From Gracilinanus agilis (Eukaryota): 64,000 bases of DNA. Shown here piece by piece: positions 52,401 through 64,000 of the stretch (position 1 is its first letter; every line of letters starts with the position of its first letter). Location of the stretch: positions 236,940,105 to 237,004,104 of the forward strand of contig NC_058133.1 of NCBI RefSeq assembly GCF_016433145.1, read 5' to 3'. Made by a program: the position numbers and the translations under genes. The notes beneath the pieces were generated by a model. It was not told where the DNA came from, did not search any database, and saw only the letters and a list, made by a program, of their open reading frames with translations.

Positions 52401-54068
52401 CACACTGTCCTTAGTAATGAAGTACGTTGTTTCTAAATAGAAAACTAATATAGTCCAAGAAACTTCATCAAAGATCTGGGGTTTTTTCCCCCCCTCTTGC
52501 CTATGTCTTTTAAAAATTATTTATTTTTTTAATACTAATGAAGTTTATTGAAAGATATTTTTTACAAGCAGAAGTAGTATCAAGAGACCTGAAATGGGAG
52601 TATTATGGTTACTCAGATCTATGTCTCCATTTGGATCTCCACCATGTTTCTGGGTATTGCAGAAAGGCCTATGGTCTCAGATCTTTCCAAGGGTAATTAC
52701 AGCTCCTCAGATACCTCATGAAAGTTGTGATACCCATAAGCCTATATGGCTTACCATCTTTTCCTTTTTAGACATGTACAGGGATTTAAAAAACGTTTTG
52801 ATTGATGTTTTGTTTCTTACATCCCCATAGTATAAGAAAATATTTGACAGCCATGTTGAAGTCAAGATGATGGATAGTTACCTACTTGGAATGTGGAATG
52901 GACTGAGCTTGGCAGGAGCCTGGCATGAACCAGGGCAGTTAAGCTTGGGTATAAAAGGAAGGAATTTGAACCCTTCTGGGTCTGAGTTGTGAGATATTTT
53001 TGGGTGAAGGGTGGTTTGGGTAGGCCTAGCTTGTGCTCTATTCATTCAGCAACCAGCAACCAGCTTTCAACTGTGTTTCATCAATCCCTGTTCCTGAATT
53101 ACATTTACCAAATAAGATCAACAAAACCATTCAGCAGGATAACCTTGACTCTAGGTTGAGGCCTGGCTAGCCTCAGCCAGGCTGTTAACAATCAAGAACT
53201 TTGATCAGCATTATATAAGAGAGGATTCATCAGTAATATAGTCATCCAGATATATTTAAGGATTTCCAATTCCCACTTTCCCAACCATTACCCAGCTCCT
53301 CCTTCCCTAGATCTATTAGATTATTAAATCATCTTTAAGACTTACAACTTGCCTGAGCTTCATCAAAGATCTAGTGGACTCTAGTTGATTACATCCTGTG
53401 CCAGCTTAAGGAAGGGGTTTATTATATTCCTTCAACATTAGTGATCAAATCCACAATCAGAAGAAAGGTGTTATGAAAGTCACAGGGCTTCAGTTGGGCA
53501 GAGTTAGCTGAATCCTTCTATCAGCTGATTCCTAGCTTAGCTGTTAGCTCTGGGATACTGTAGTCATCTTGGGTCTGGGATAAGCAGATTCCATATATTC
53601 TTTGTAACATCAACTGCAGTGAGTGATCCTTTGGGTTTACTATCATACCTAGGTTTCCCATTTAGGATTCAACACCCATGATTAACCCAGGCTCAAGATT
53701 GACCATAACAATAGTCATTCCAAGTATTCCTCTCCTATCCCCTCCCAGAGAGCCACCCTCTAGGACAAAACAAAATTCTTTTAGAGAGGTAAAAAAAAAA
53801 GTCAGCACAACTGATCAATACTTTGAAAAAGTCTAAAAAATGTGAAATGTTTAATACCTAAGGACCTCTCACCTTCAAGAAGGGATAAATTGGAGGATGT
53901 TTTTTCATCTCTTCCTTTGAGTTGTTTCATAATCAGTTTTGTTACATTTATTTTTTATTTTTTGGTGGGTTGTTTTCTTGGCTTTCCTTATTAAAGTTTC
54001 TGTCTATTCTATATCAATTCATATAGATCCTTCCATGCTTCTCTGTATTCATCACAGGCATAATTTCT

Positions 54069-54262
54069 TTTGCTTTTTTTTTTTTTAAACCCTTGTACTT
54101 CGGTGTATTGTCTCATAGGTGGAAGATTGGTAAGGGTGGGCAATGGGGGTCAAGTGACTTGCCCAGGGTCACATAGCTGGGAAGTGGCTGAGGCCGGATT
54201 TGAACCTAGGACCTCCTGTTTCTAGGCCTGACTCTCACTCCACTGAGCTACCCAGCTGCCCC
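54069..54262 (-). mobile_element. Young SINE1_Mdo-like copy with a 16-bp TSD, inserted in an L1 3' fragment
   Basis: CACAGGCATAATTTCT at 54053-54068 and 54263-54278; poly-T tail; CpGs retained. Confidence 0.95.
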
Positions 54263-54837
54263 CACAGGCATAATTTCTAATAGCACGGTAGTATCCCACT
54301 TAATTCATGTACCACAATTTGTTTAGACATTCCTTAATTGATAGGCATCTACTTTGTTTTCCAATTCTTAGCTTTCACAAAAAAGGGCTGCTACAAATAT
54401 TTTGGAGGATTTGGTGCCTTTTTTCTTATCAATATGTTCTTTGGGTTATAAGCATATTAATGGAATTTCTGCTTCAAAGGGTATGGGTATTTTCCAAATT
54501 ACTTTCCAAGGTTTATAATTTCACAGCTGCACCAACAATGTATTAGTGTGCTGATTTTTCCACAAACCACCTTCTCCTCTTGGCTACTTTTTCCTCCTCT
54601 GCATTTGGTGACACAGTGGACATAATGGATAGAGTGCTGGTCCTGGAATCTAGAAGAATTGAATTTAAAATATGGCCTCAGATGTTTACTAGCCAAGTGA
54701 TCCTGGACAGGCCACTTAATTTCTATTTGTCTCAGTTTTCTCAACCATAAAATAGAGATAATAATAGCATCAGCCTCACAGCATTGTTGTAAAGGTCAAA
54801 TGAGATAATATTCATCAAAGCAAGTACCTGGTCCTTT

Positions 54838-54902
54838 CTTTCTCTTCTCTTCTCTTCTCTTCTCTTCTCTTCTCTTCTCTTCTCTTCTCTTCTCTTCTCT
54901 TC
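54838..54902. repeat. (CTTCT)n pentanucleotide microsatellite, about 12 units
   Basis: Seen directly. Other short repeats: (TA)n about 513-533, (TG)n about 22965-22988, (CA)n about 48784-48803. Confidence 0.95.
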
Positions 54903-54989
54903 CCTTCTTTTTCATGACACTAGTACCTCCTGGCTTTTGTTCTGTTTGAATATTATTTCTCATTCTGTTTTAATGTTTATCATAGAACA

Positions 54990-55860
54990 TATTCTGTAAC
55001 TGTGGGTGTTCTCTGAGACTATCCTAGGCCCCTTCTTCTTCTCTCTCTACAATCTCTCTCAGTGACTTCATCAGCTCCCATACATCTCTCTGCCATGATT
55101 CCCAGATCTGACTATCTAATCCCACTTTCTCTCCTGACCTGAATCTCCTTTATCATCAGTTGTCCATTGGATATTTCAAACTGGATGTCATGATGCCATC
55201 TTAGACTCATCATGTCCAAATCTGAACTCATTATCTTTTTCTCTAAAACCTCCCCTCTTTCAAACTTCCCAGTTTCTAAAACACTACTATTCTTCCTGGG
55301 TTTCTAACTTTGGTATTATCCTTTAAATTTTTTTTTTATTTTAATAACAAATTTCTACATAAGTTTTCCAAAGTTATGTGATCTATATTGTTTCCCTCCC
55401 TTCTTCCCTCTCCCTCCCAGAGCTGACAAGCAACTCAATCTGGGTTATACATGTATTATCATACAAAACATTTCCATATTATTCATTTTTACAAGCAAAT
55501 AATCTTATAGAACCAAAACCCCAAAATATATGCCCCAAATAAACAAGTGATAAATCATGTGTTTTCATCTGCATTTCTACTCCAACAGTCTTTATCTGGA
55601 GGTCCATAGCATTCTTTTCCATAAGTCCTCAGAATTGTCCTGGATCATAGTATTGCTGTTAGTAGAAAAGTCTATCACACATTTGATCATTCCACAATTT
55701 TTCGTTTCTTTGGGTTTATCCTTGACTCCTCATTCCACATATCCAATCAGTTTCCAGATCTTACCACTTTAACTCCCAGATCTCTCACCTCTGATTACTT
55801 CTTTCACATTCACACAACACCTTAAGTTCATCCCCTCATCAACTCTTCATTAGATTATTT
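54990..55860 (+). mobile_element. Old L2 fragment, interrupted by an L1 3' piece, ending at the MXRA7 proximal terminal-exon acceptor
   Basis: L2-like motifs CTCAGTGACTTCATCAGCTCCCA, CATGTCCAAATCTGAACTCATTATC and TCCACATATCCAATCAG, ending TAGATTATT. Confidence 0.55.
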
Positions 55861-57235
55861 GAAGGAACTGATAAATGAATTACAAGTTATTATTTTGAAT
55901 TATGAATTACCAGTCCAATTATATGTATCAAAGATGTAGACCTTTAGAGATTTTATCACCCACTATCCTCATGGACTTAAATACTGCCTTCTTCAGAGGT
56001 CTTTTTATTTAGAATTTTAAGATATTTAATTTTGAGAACAGTTCAATTCTACTCTTTCCTTCAAAATCCTCTTTTGAAACCATACCCTGTAATACTTTTG
56101 AAGTATGTGGGGTACTTGAAGATATAACAAAAGTAGAGATGTTATCAGACAACATTTAACCTTCTCTGAAGGGATTGATTGGTCTTTTTCCTTTGGCCAG
56201 TTCTGTGACTTTTAATAAGAGATGGAGCATGATTATCATTTACTGATTTTGCATTCTTGTCTATACATAAAGAAAGTATTTAAAAATTTTGAGGACATTT
56301 TGAAAGATATCTCTGTTGGTTAACAAAAAGCCTCTTTGTGGGTATTCATACCAGCTCAGATAAATTCCTGTTGGAAATTTTGTAGGAGTAGTAATTATAT
56401 TATTTTTAAGTTAGCCTCTTAGTTTTGCCTTTATCTAAAAAAAACAAACAAACATGGATTGACCAGATTTTCCCTAGATTTTAAGATATGGCCCTGCCAA
56501 AAGTACTAGATTTTTTTATTTCCTCTCCTTGACAGTATTATACTAATTTCCAAGTCTTGAAGTTGTTAGATAAATACTTTTAAAAAATAACCCCTGAGGG
56601 GCAGCTGGGTAGCTCAGTGGAGTGAGAGCCAGGCCTAGAGACGGGAGGTCTTAGGTTCAAACCCGGCCTCAGCCACTTCCCAGCTGTGTGACCCTGGGCA
56701 AGTCACTTGACCCCCATTGCCCACCCTTACCAATCTTCCACCTATGAGATAATACACCGAAGTACAAGGGTTTAAAAAAAAAATAACCCCTGAGAGAATT
56801 TTTTCCTATATAACAGAAGCCCAAGAATCAGTATTCTTCTAATAGTCCTTCTTGGACTTATTCCACTGTCCATACATGTCTGTTCTAAGCCTGATGCTTT
56901 TGGCATAATCTCTTACAAGAAAACCATCCTATAGAGTGCTGACCATGAAAAAAGTATACACAAAACCTGTATAATGATTATGAGAGGTACTTGCTTGGCC
57001 ACACACATGACTAGCAAGAGTGTGCTTCCTTTGGTCTGATTTAAATCTTCCTTGTTACACAAAGTGGATGATCCCTTCTTCACATAGTTTTATGAGCTTA
57101 TCTGTTTTCATAATAAACTTTCTTGTTTACATATCTGAAACTAGCTCTTTCACACTAAATTCTTATTTCTAGTGACTTCAGTCTAAGTATTTTACCTTCA
57201 TTCAGTCCAATAAATCTTTGAGTAGCTGACCTGGA
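55854..57235 (+). other. MXRA7: MXRA7 alternative proximal terminal exon (predicted tail R-LFEGTDK*, stop 55876-55878) with 3' UTR and AATAAA at 57209-57214
   Basis: Blocks resemble the recalled human short-isoform UTR: TACCAGCTCAG (about 56350), TTGACAGTATTATACTA (about 56529), TTCAGTCCAATAAA-CTTTGAGTAG (57201-57224). The exact acceptor is uncertain. Confidence 0.6.
56597..56780 (+). mobile_element. Young SINE1_Mdo-like copy with a 17-bp TSD, inside the MXRA7 proximal 3' UTR
   Basis: AAAAAATAACCCCTGAG at 56582-56598 and ending at 56794; intact A/B boxes and CpGs. Confidence 0.95.
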
Positions 57236-57356
57236 TTGCTATTTTTCCCTCCAGGTTTGTTTTTTCATTGACTTTTTTTCTTTTGAATACACTAAAATTT
57301 GGACACCTTCCTCCAACTGTTGTTAACTTTAGTTACTCTCTTATGGTAGTATAGGG

Positions 57357-57668
57357 CAGTGATGGCAAACCTTTTAGAGATGAAGAGCTAGGCCCGCCCC
57401 CACCCCACCTCCCAGACTTAAGTGCTGTGCCACCCTCCCCCTTCACTACCACCACCACCTCTTGCCCCAGATGAGGGAGGAAGGAAGTGCTCTCATTTGT
57501 GCACCTGAGCAGAGGGGGTGGGTAAAGTGAGGGGCATGGAGAGGGGGAGGAGAACAGCACCACCCTAGTCTCTCTGGCTTTTCTTGTAAAAAAAAACCTG
57601 CAGGCATGCCCCCAGAGAGGGCTCGGCATGGGCTTTTTGGCATACATGGCATAGGTTCTCCATCACGG
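57357..57668. mobile_element. hAT MITE with CAGTGATGGC-type TIRs and an 8-bp TSD
   Basis: Left TIR CAGTGATGGCAAACCT, right AGGTTCTCCATCACGG; TSD GTATAGGG (57349-57356) / GAATAGGG (57669-57676). Confidence 0.9.
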
Positions 57669-59907
57669 GAATAGGGTATTGTATTGACCCTAAAAAATAT
57701 AACTTCCATCCTCAAAATCCTGTCATAATACCTGTTTACAGGAGGTCTCAGAATTCTGTAGTTACCTAAGGCCTTCCATTTCAGGTAACTCAAAAACACT
57801 TGATACTTATTTTTCATAATTTGCCTGTAAGGATATTGGCATTGAGTCTTTCATTGTCTGTTTTCCAGATTGAACAAATTATTTATGCCTTAATTTTTCC
57901 CAAATGATCATGAAAATTCTGGTATTAGAATTCAAATTCCGTAATTCCTGTATGTTTCTCAGATTACAAAACTAATTATTTTTGGATAGAAGACATAGAC
58001 CTCATGGATTAAGGAAAAGGATATGTATAGTAAGGAGTTAACTTAGAGATCCAATGGCCACAAAAAAGTTATATATCTTGGCTCTGAGGAAGATGTTCTG
58101 TAAACCTTAAATTAAACTCTATAAAAATCAATTAGTAAACACTGATTAAATACCTATCGTGTTCTAAGTACTGTGCTACGTACTGGGGAATACAAAAAAA
58201 GGCAAAAGACATCCCCTGCCTTCAAGGAGCTTACAGTCTAAAGATGGAGACAACGTGCAAACAAATATTTGCAAAACAAGCTATATACAGGATAAACAGG
58301 AAATAATTATCAGAGGGAAGGCATTGGGATAAAGAAGGGCTGAGAAAGGTTTCTGATAAAAAATGAGACAAGGAAACCAGGAAATCAGATGGAAATAGGA
58401 TACTGAAAAATAGCATTATCATCTGTGTCTGGTTTAGGCATCAGAAATTTATGTAGCTTAGAAAAACTTCCATTAATTAGCACAACATGCTAAAGTAGGG
58501 AAACATCTTACAACTAAAATTCACAATAACTCATTCATTCTCATGGATTTAATGAACTATGCTGATGATTCTCAAATCTACCAATCCTGCCCAAACTCTC
58601 TGATGACCTCCAGTTTCACATCTCCAGTTGCCTTTCAGAACAAAGAGATGGAGTGCCTTCTCCTGAAACAGCCAGGAGACCATTGCCACTGGTCTGAAGA
58701 GTTTTGTTAGGGAGTAAGGTGTAAAAATTCTGGGACTAGGTTATGAAAGCCTTTAAATTCTAACTGAGTAAGGGAATAACATGATCAAACTAAGAAAATC
58801 GCTGGTAATTGAATAGAAGATGGTCTGGATTGGGAAGAGACTTGAGGCAGGCAGACCCATCAGCAGGCTGTTGTTTAATTTATTTTACTTGTCCCAATTT
58901 TCACCTGTCCCTCATAAAATAAATGCTTCTATTATTACTCTCCATTTTCCCAAAGTTTTTCCTCATTTATTTGTCCCATTTTTGACCTGTGCCTTTTAGA
59001 ATAATTGCTTCCTTGTTTGACCTATATTTTTCTTGGATGGATACAAAACCATTTAATGGATATCACCTTATTCATCACCAGATTATTGGAAAATGAGATC
59101 TACATTTTATTCATTCAACAAGAATTTATTATGAACCTGTTAGGTGCCAGGAGTTACATAGATGCTAGAAATTCAAAGAAAGACAAAACAATCCTTTACT
59201 CTCAAGGAGCTTACATACACAAAGAAAACTAAATACAAAATATACTTATAGTATTATTCAGGGAGGAGGGCAAAGGAAGAGTTAACTTAAATGGCACTTG
59301 TGTAGCCACAGGTAAAAAAAAATGGGATAAATAAAATGAATGAGGAAAAAATTTGGAAAGAGCAATAACTTGATGGAGTTCATTCCAGATCTATGCATTC
59401 ATTCCAATACAGAGTCCGGGGAGAGGGAAAGAAGCAGGGGCACAGAATGGGAGGGGGTGAGACACAGCTTCTGCAAAGACAGAGAAATGAGAGATGGAAT
59501 GTTCTATACAGGAAATAGCAAGTAAGGGCCAATTTAGCTGGAATGTCAGTTTCCTAAAAGGGAACAAGGTGCAGTAACCCTAGAAAGAGAAAATGGAAAG
59601 AGGTTGTAAAAGGCTTTAAAATACCAAACAAAAGAGGACAGTATCCTATAGGCAAGAGGAAGTCACTGAAGCTTCTTGAGTAGGAGGAGATCCCTCAGTT
59701 CTTCCTGCCCTCAGATATAGGATATTGCAAGTTTGAGGTATCCCCAGTCTGCCTTTGACTTACACTGAGTTGGGGGTGGGTAACATACAGAAGGGGTTAC
59801 TTTCTTGTTTTGCATGTACTCACAAAGGCTTTTCTGATCAAATTGTTCATAGGTTTCTGGCTATCTTTTTGTATAATCTTGGGCAAGGTGAAAGTCTTTC
59901 TTTCTTA

Positions 59908-60103
59908 TAAACACTTTTACCTTTCATCTTAGAATCAATATTGTGTTTTGGTTCTAAGGCAGAAAATTAACAATGGCTAGGCAATGAGGGTTAAGTGACT
60001 TGCCCAGGGTCACACAGTTAAGAAGTGTCTGAGGCCAGATTTGAACTCAAGCAGTCCTGCCTTTGGGCTTGGCTCTCGGGCCACCAAACCATCTGGCTGC
60101 CCC
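59908..60103 (-). mobile_element. Older CORE SINE, 150 nt upstream of the MXRA7 last exon
   Basis: Reverse GTGACTTGCCCAGGGTCACAC...GAGGCCAGATTTGAAC...GGCTGCCCC. Confidence 0.85.
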
Positions 60104-60254
60104 GAAGTCTAGTTTCTCTTTTAATTTCTTGATCATTATTGATCAATAAATTTGTGCAACAAATATTGGTGCAATCATTAGGTCTTTGCAGGAATCTTCT
60201 GTGACTCTTGACCCAATAATCCTATCCAGAAATCTTTTTAATTCTTTTTGACAG

Positions 60255-60369
60255 GGTTAAAAAAGAACAACTGGCTGCCATCTTCAAACTCATGAAGGAT
60301 AATATGGAGACTTTTGGCGAGATGTCTGATGGAGATATGCAGGAACAGCTCAAGCTTTATGATATGTAG
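60255..60369 (+). CDS. MXRA7: MXRA7 distal last coding exon (R-VKKEQLAAIFKLMKDNMETFGEMSDGDMQEQLKLYDM*); candidate PAS AATAAA at 61127-61132
   Basis: TTCTTTTTGACAG acceptor, 115 nt to TAG; conserved C-terminal domain shared with DUF4604/C3orf43-like tails as I recall; absent from the ORF track. Confidence 0.95.
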
Positions 60370-60925
60370 GCTTGAAAACAACAGATCTCTAAAAGCTACT
60401 GCCTTACCCTGCAACAAGACTCTGAAGACAATTGTACTGTGACTGATATTAGATTAGTAACTCATTTTCAGATTTTTTGTAGGTTTAAATATATATAATC
60501 ATTTTGCATATGCTATTTATATCTCATCTTAAAGGGATCAGTTAGTACTCCCCACAGAGGAAGAGGGACACACAGATCCTTTTGGCTGAGTTTCCCTGCC
60601 TGTTGTTTATTACTGACTTGTAAATTATGTGACATAATTAATACATATTGTCTTCTGACTTGGGCTAAGAAATTATACATGTTAGTCTCAATTCAAACAT
60701 TAATGATTAGGGACCTGTTTGTCAGATGATATTAGAGTAGGAATAACCTGAACTCCTAACTCATGACACAGTAATAAGCTGTTTTGGAAGATTCAAGCGT
60801 GCTGAAGGATATAATATCTTTAGCATCTTTATAAAGCTTTATAGGGTAAAGGTCTATGAGGTTTTTTTGAGGGTTTGAGATTCATTTCTTCCTTGATAGT
60901 CTAAAAGTCTGTTTCAAAGACTCAT

Positions 60926-61099
60926 CTTTGGGGGCAGTAAGGTGGAAAAAGCCTGGAGTCAGGTGGACCTGGGTTCAGATATGACCTCAGATACTTCCTA
61001 GCCATGTGACCCTTAGCAAGTCACTTAATCCCATTTGCTTAGTTAGCCCTTATCCTTCTGTCTTACAGTTGTCACTAACACAGAAAATAAGGGTTTAGA
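60926..61099 (+). mobile_element. CORE SINE in the MXRA7 distal 3' UTR
   Basis: AAAGACTCAT direct repeats at 60916-60925 and 61100-61109. Confidence 0.85.
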
Positions 61100-61932
61100 A
61101 AAGACTCATTTTCCTGTTTGGATCAAAATAAAGGTACTAGAAATCATGAGCCTGTAGTATGTTATTCCTAGTCCTTGTTTAATTCAAATATTTATAGTGT
61201 TTACAATATGGTAAACCATGTTGGATATACATGATAAGTATTTTTATGGGGAAACACTGGTGGGTAACTTAAATATTATCTGGGTTCAGAGGAAGGTAGG
61301 GAAGGAGACAGGACAGGGCAATAGACTGGGACCTAACGAGTTGGGGAAACACCAATCAAGAATGGGTTTGGCAGTTGGAGAGAGTGACAGTTAGGATCCC
61401 AACTGCCTCTCAGATCCACCTAGCCATGGAGTCTATGAAATCAACAAATAACTGAGTAATACTGGGACAAAAGGATTTATAAACACAGGTTTAATAATGA
61501 CTAGGAGTTAGGGATAATGGGGAGAGGCCACACTAACTAAAAGACCAACACAAGGGCTGGGAGATGGGTCAGAGGCTACAGACTAATTGCAGGCTGGAAG
61601 GGAATTGGGTCTCTCACAGAGTTTTGTCCACTTCTGCTCCTCTTGATAGTACAGGAAAACAGGTCCACAGGAAAGTAAATCCAGGAAAGTTAAATCAAGG
61701 AGGTTGTCTCAGACTGAGATGTCTACCACCCTTAGTTAGATTTTCTTGTTCACTTGATCTTTCACTGTCAGGTCTTCCTTCTCTGTGATAAATCCACACT
61801 CCTTGGGCTCCCCACTGGAATAAGTAAAAGCAGCCACTCCCTGTCTCAGTCTTGACCAGAGTCCCCAAAGAAAACAGTTTCCTTCCCTTCATTCCATGGT
61901 TGGAACTCTCAGATCTTTAGAGACAGCCTGGG

Positions 61933-63000
61933 TGTTATTCTACATTAAATATATAACTTTCTAATTTCCTCATAACAGTATGGAAAGTTAATATAATTTA
62001 TACTCTTTTTGGGCCCCAAACAGATTTTATTTTAAGCTCAAACAATTTGATTTTAGGACTGAATCTTAAGCTGTTTCTCCCTGAGGATATGATGGGTCCT
62101 CCCTTCTTTTGTCTAGAAATAAAAAACTGGCCAGGGGAGACCTGCTCTTTGTTTATCTGTAAATAAGAACTCTCTTGGGGGTATTAAGATAAAAATTAAT
62201 AAAGGCTGATATAATATAAATTAGTATTTTAATTAAAGCCATGCTGATAGATAAAGTCATTAGACCACGCACTTGTAAGAATTCAAAACTGCCGCCTAGC
62301 CATAATTGTTACCTCCCATCTCTTCCTGAGTCTGCTAGCCAAGAGGTGGTAGCTAAAGAGGAAGTTCCTCCTCACCCCAGAGATTTAAACTGACCTCTGC
62401 GTGGTGACGTAGGCGTCCCCACGCCCAAAGAACAGGAAACAGAAACCCGTTGGACCACGGGAAATGTAGTTTGATAGTTCCCACGTGTCCATAGAAAATA
62501 TATATACTTTTAGATGGCATTTCCCAAATTTCACTTTTACAGGGGGTAATCAATCAACTAGATAGATATCGTGTTGGAGCCATGGGCCATATGTCAAAGC
62601 ACAGCGTTGGAAAGACCTGCCACTTTCCAGGAGGAAGCCTCTCGAGTTCATTTCCTGTTTGGCTATTGTCCAATGAGAAACCTCTTAGGCTGTCCTGAGA
62701 AGAGACCAAATGATGATATCAGAGGGGTTAAGCTACAGGAAGTCAGCCTTTTTTGGCCAGCCCAGCTGCTGATTTTGCTGGCACTTGAGCCTCTGCTTTC
62801 TCTCTTGGAAGCATGGATCCAGCTGCTCAAGCTTGGTCTGGCTGCCTGCTGCCCTCCAAGCTTCTCAGCCAGCTTCTAATTCTATGGAGCCTGTTCAGAC
62901 TGGAGGGAGCCTATGACTAATTAACATACCTCTCATGAATATGATTGTTCACTCCTTCCTGTTCTGAGCTAAGATCTTATCTGATTCTGGGATGAAGCAA
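61933..63000. mobile_element. LTR-like host sequence interrupted by a younger solo LTR; a further LTR-like block lies at about 61260-61896
   Basis: Begins TGTT, has promoter-like composition, and is interrupted at a GGGGG site; boundaries uncertain. Confidence 0.4.
62182..62541 (-). mobile_element. Young 360-bp solo LTR with a 5-bp TSD
   Basis: GGGGG at 62177-62181 and 62542-62546; starts TGTAAAAG on the minus strand; many intact CpGs. Confidence 0.75.
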
Positions 63001-63098
63001 GATCAATGAAAAATAGATTTTATTGATGTCCTTTGTTTTGATCTCACTTAAATTTCTCCTTGTATCACTCCCCACCCTATTTCCAAAGAACCATCTAT

Positions 63099-63293
63099 CA
63101 GTGGTTCCCAAACTTTTTTGGCTTACCGCCCCCTTTCCAGAAAAAAATATTACTTAGCCCCCTGGAAATTAATTTTTTTTTAAATTTTAATAGCAATTAA
63201 TAGGAAAGATAAATGCACTTGTGGCCATCACCACCCCCCTGGATCGCTGCAGCACCCACCAGGGGGCGGTAGCGCCCACTTTGGGAATCACTG
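63099..63293. mobile_element. 195-bp hAT/Charlie-type MITE
   Basis: TIRs CAGTGGTTCCCAAA / TTTGGGAATCACTG; flanks do not form a TSD. Confidence 0.9.
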
Positions 63294-63299
63294 AACCTT

Positions 63300-63452
63300 G
63301 CCTGGCCTGTTTTTGTATGGCCTACAAACTAAGAATGGTTTTTACATTTTAAAATTACAATAAATCTTCATTTACACATGTAAAAACCATTCTTAGCTTG
63401 CAGGCTGTACAAAAACAGATGGTGGAACAGATCTGGTCTATGGGCTATGGTT
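63300..63452. mobile_element. Older palindromic hAT MITE (MER58/Cheshire-like), left end missing
   Basis: Arms CTGTTTTTGTATGGCCTACAAACTAAGAATGGTTTTTACAT and ATGTAAAAACCATTCTTAGCTTGCAGGCTGTACAAAAACAG are near reverse complements. Confidence 0.75.
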
Positions 63453-64000
63453 TCCCAAGTCTTGCATATAACAAAGAATTTGTTTATTTATTTATTTATT
63501 CAGAGATATTTTCTCAATGACATGAAATAACAATTTTCTCCATATGGTTCCTGAAATTATAAGATCCAAATTATAAGATCCCTCACTTCCCTCCCCCCTC
63601 TCAGAGATGATAAATAATTTAATCTGGGTTATACATGTATTATCACACAAAATGTACTTTCATATTGGTAATTGCTATAGGAGAATACTCATATAAAACC
63701 AAAACCCCAAAATAAAACCGTTAATAAACTAATGTGAAAGATAGTATGCTTTGATCTGTATCTGACTACAACAGTTCCTTCTCTGGAAGCATTTTTTGTC
63801 ATAAATCCTTCAGAAATGTCCTGGTTGATCATTGAACAATATTGCTGTTACTGCTCTCCCAGTTCTGTTTATTTTGCTCTGTATGTAGATATTCATGTAG
63901 ATCTTTCCAGCTTTTTTCTGAAATCAACATTTCTTCTATCACCAACTCCATTTTCAGCCATTCCCCAATTGATAGATATCCCCTCAATTTCCAATTCTAT

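Noticed and set aside
52810-53710. LTR-like block with TATAAAAG at about 52951
   Set aside because: I could not define TG/CA ends or a TSD, so it is left unannotated pending RepeatMasker.
62571-62879. 102-aa ORF in the LTR cluster
   Set aside because: Starts at GTG, lies in LTR-like sequence, and has no gag, pol or env motifs.

Overview
Eukaryotic, AT-rich, CpG-poor genomic DNA from a marsupial. Young SINE1_Mdo-like and MAR1-like SINEs point to an opossum (Monodelphis or a related didelphid; this is inference). The window holds a five-gene cluster in the order I recall from human 17q25, here inverted: MFSD11 (-, first 7 coding exons, runs off the left edge), SRSF2 (+), METTL23 (-), JMJD6 (+) and MXRA7 (+). 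MFSD11/SRSF2 and METTL23/JMJD6 are head-to-head pairs on CpG islands, and SRSF2 and METTL23 converge tail-to-tail. All constitutive exons were placed by hand from GT-AG boundaries and reading frame. The ORF track misses several exons: a METTL23 first coding exon that adds 47 aa, a JMJD6 last exon reached through a donor overlapping the stop codon, a MXRA7 stop-containing microexon and a MXRA7 alternative terminal exon. Three N-runs (140, 308 and 140 nt) fall on or next to splicing-regulatory elements. Two hide the SRSF2 unproductive-splicing elements. The third lies just behind a candidate JMJD6 poison-exon acceptor. The remainder is intronic repeat DNA (L1, L2, MIR/MAR1, SINE1, hAT MITEs, solo LTRs). 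There are no CRISPR arrays, rRNA or true tRNA genes. Comparisons to human or mouse sequence are from memory and need alignment to confirm.
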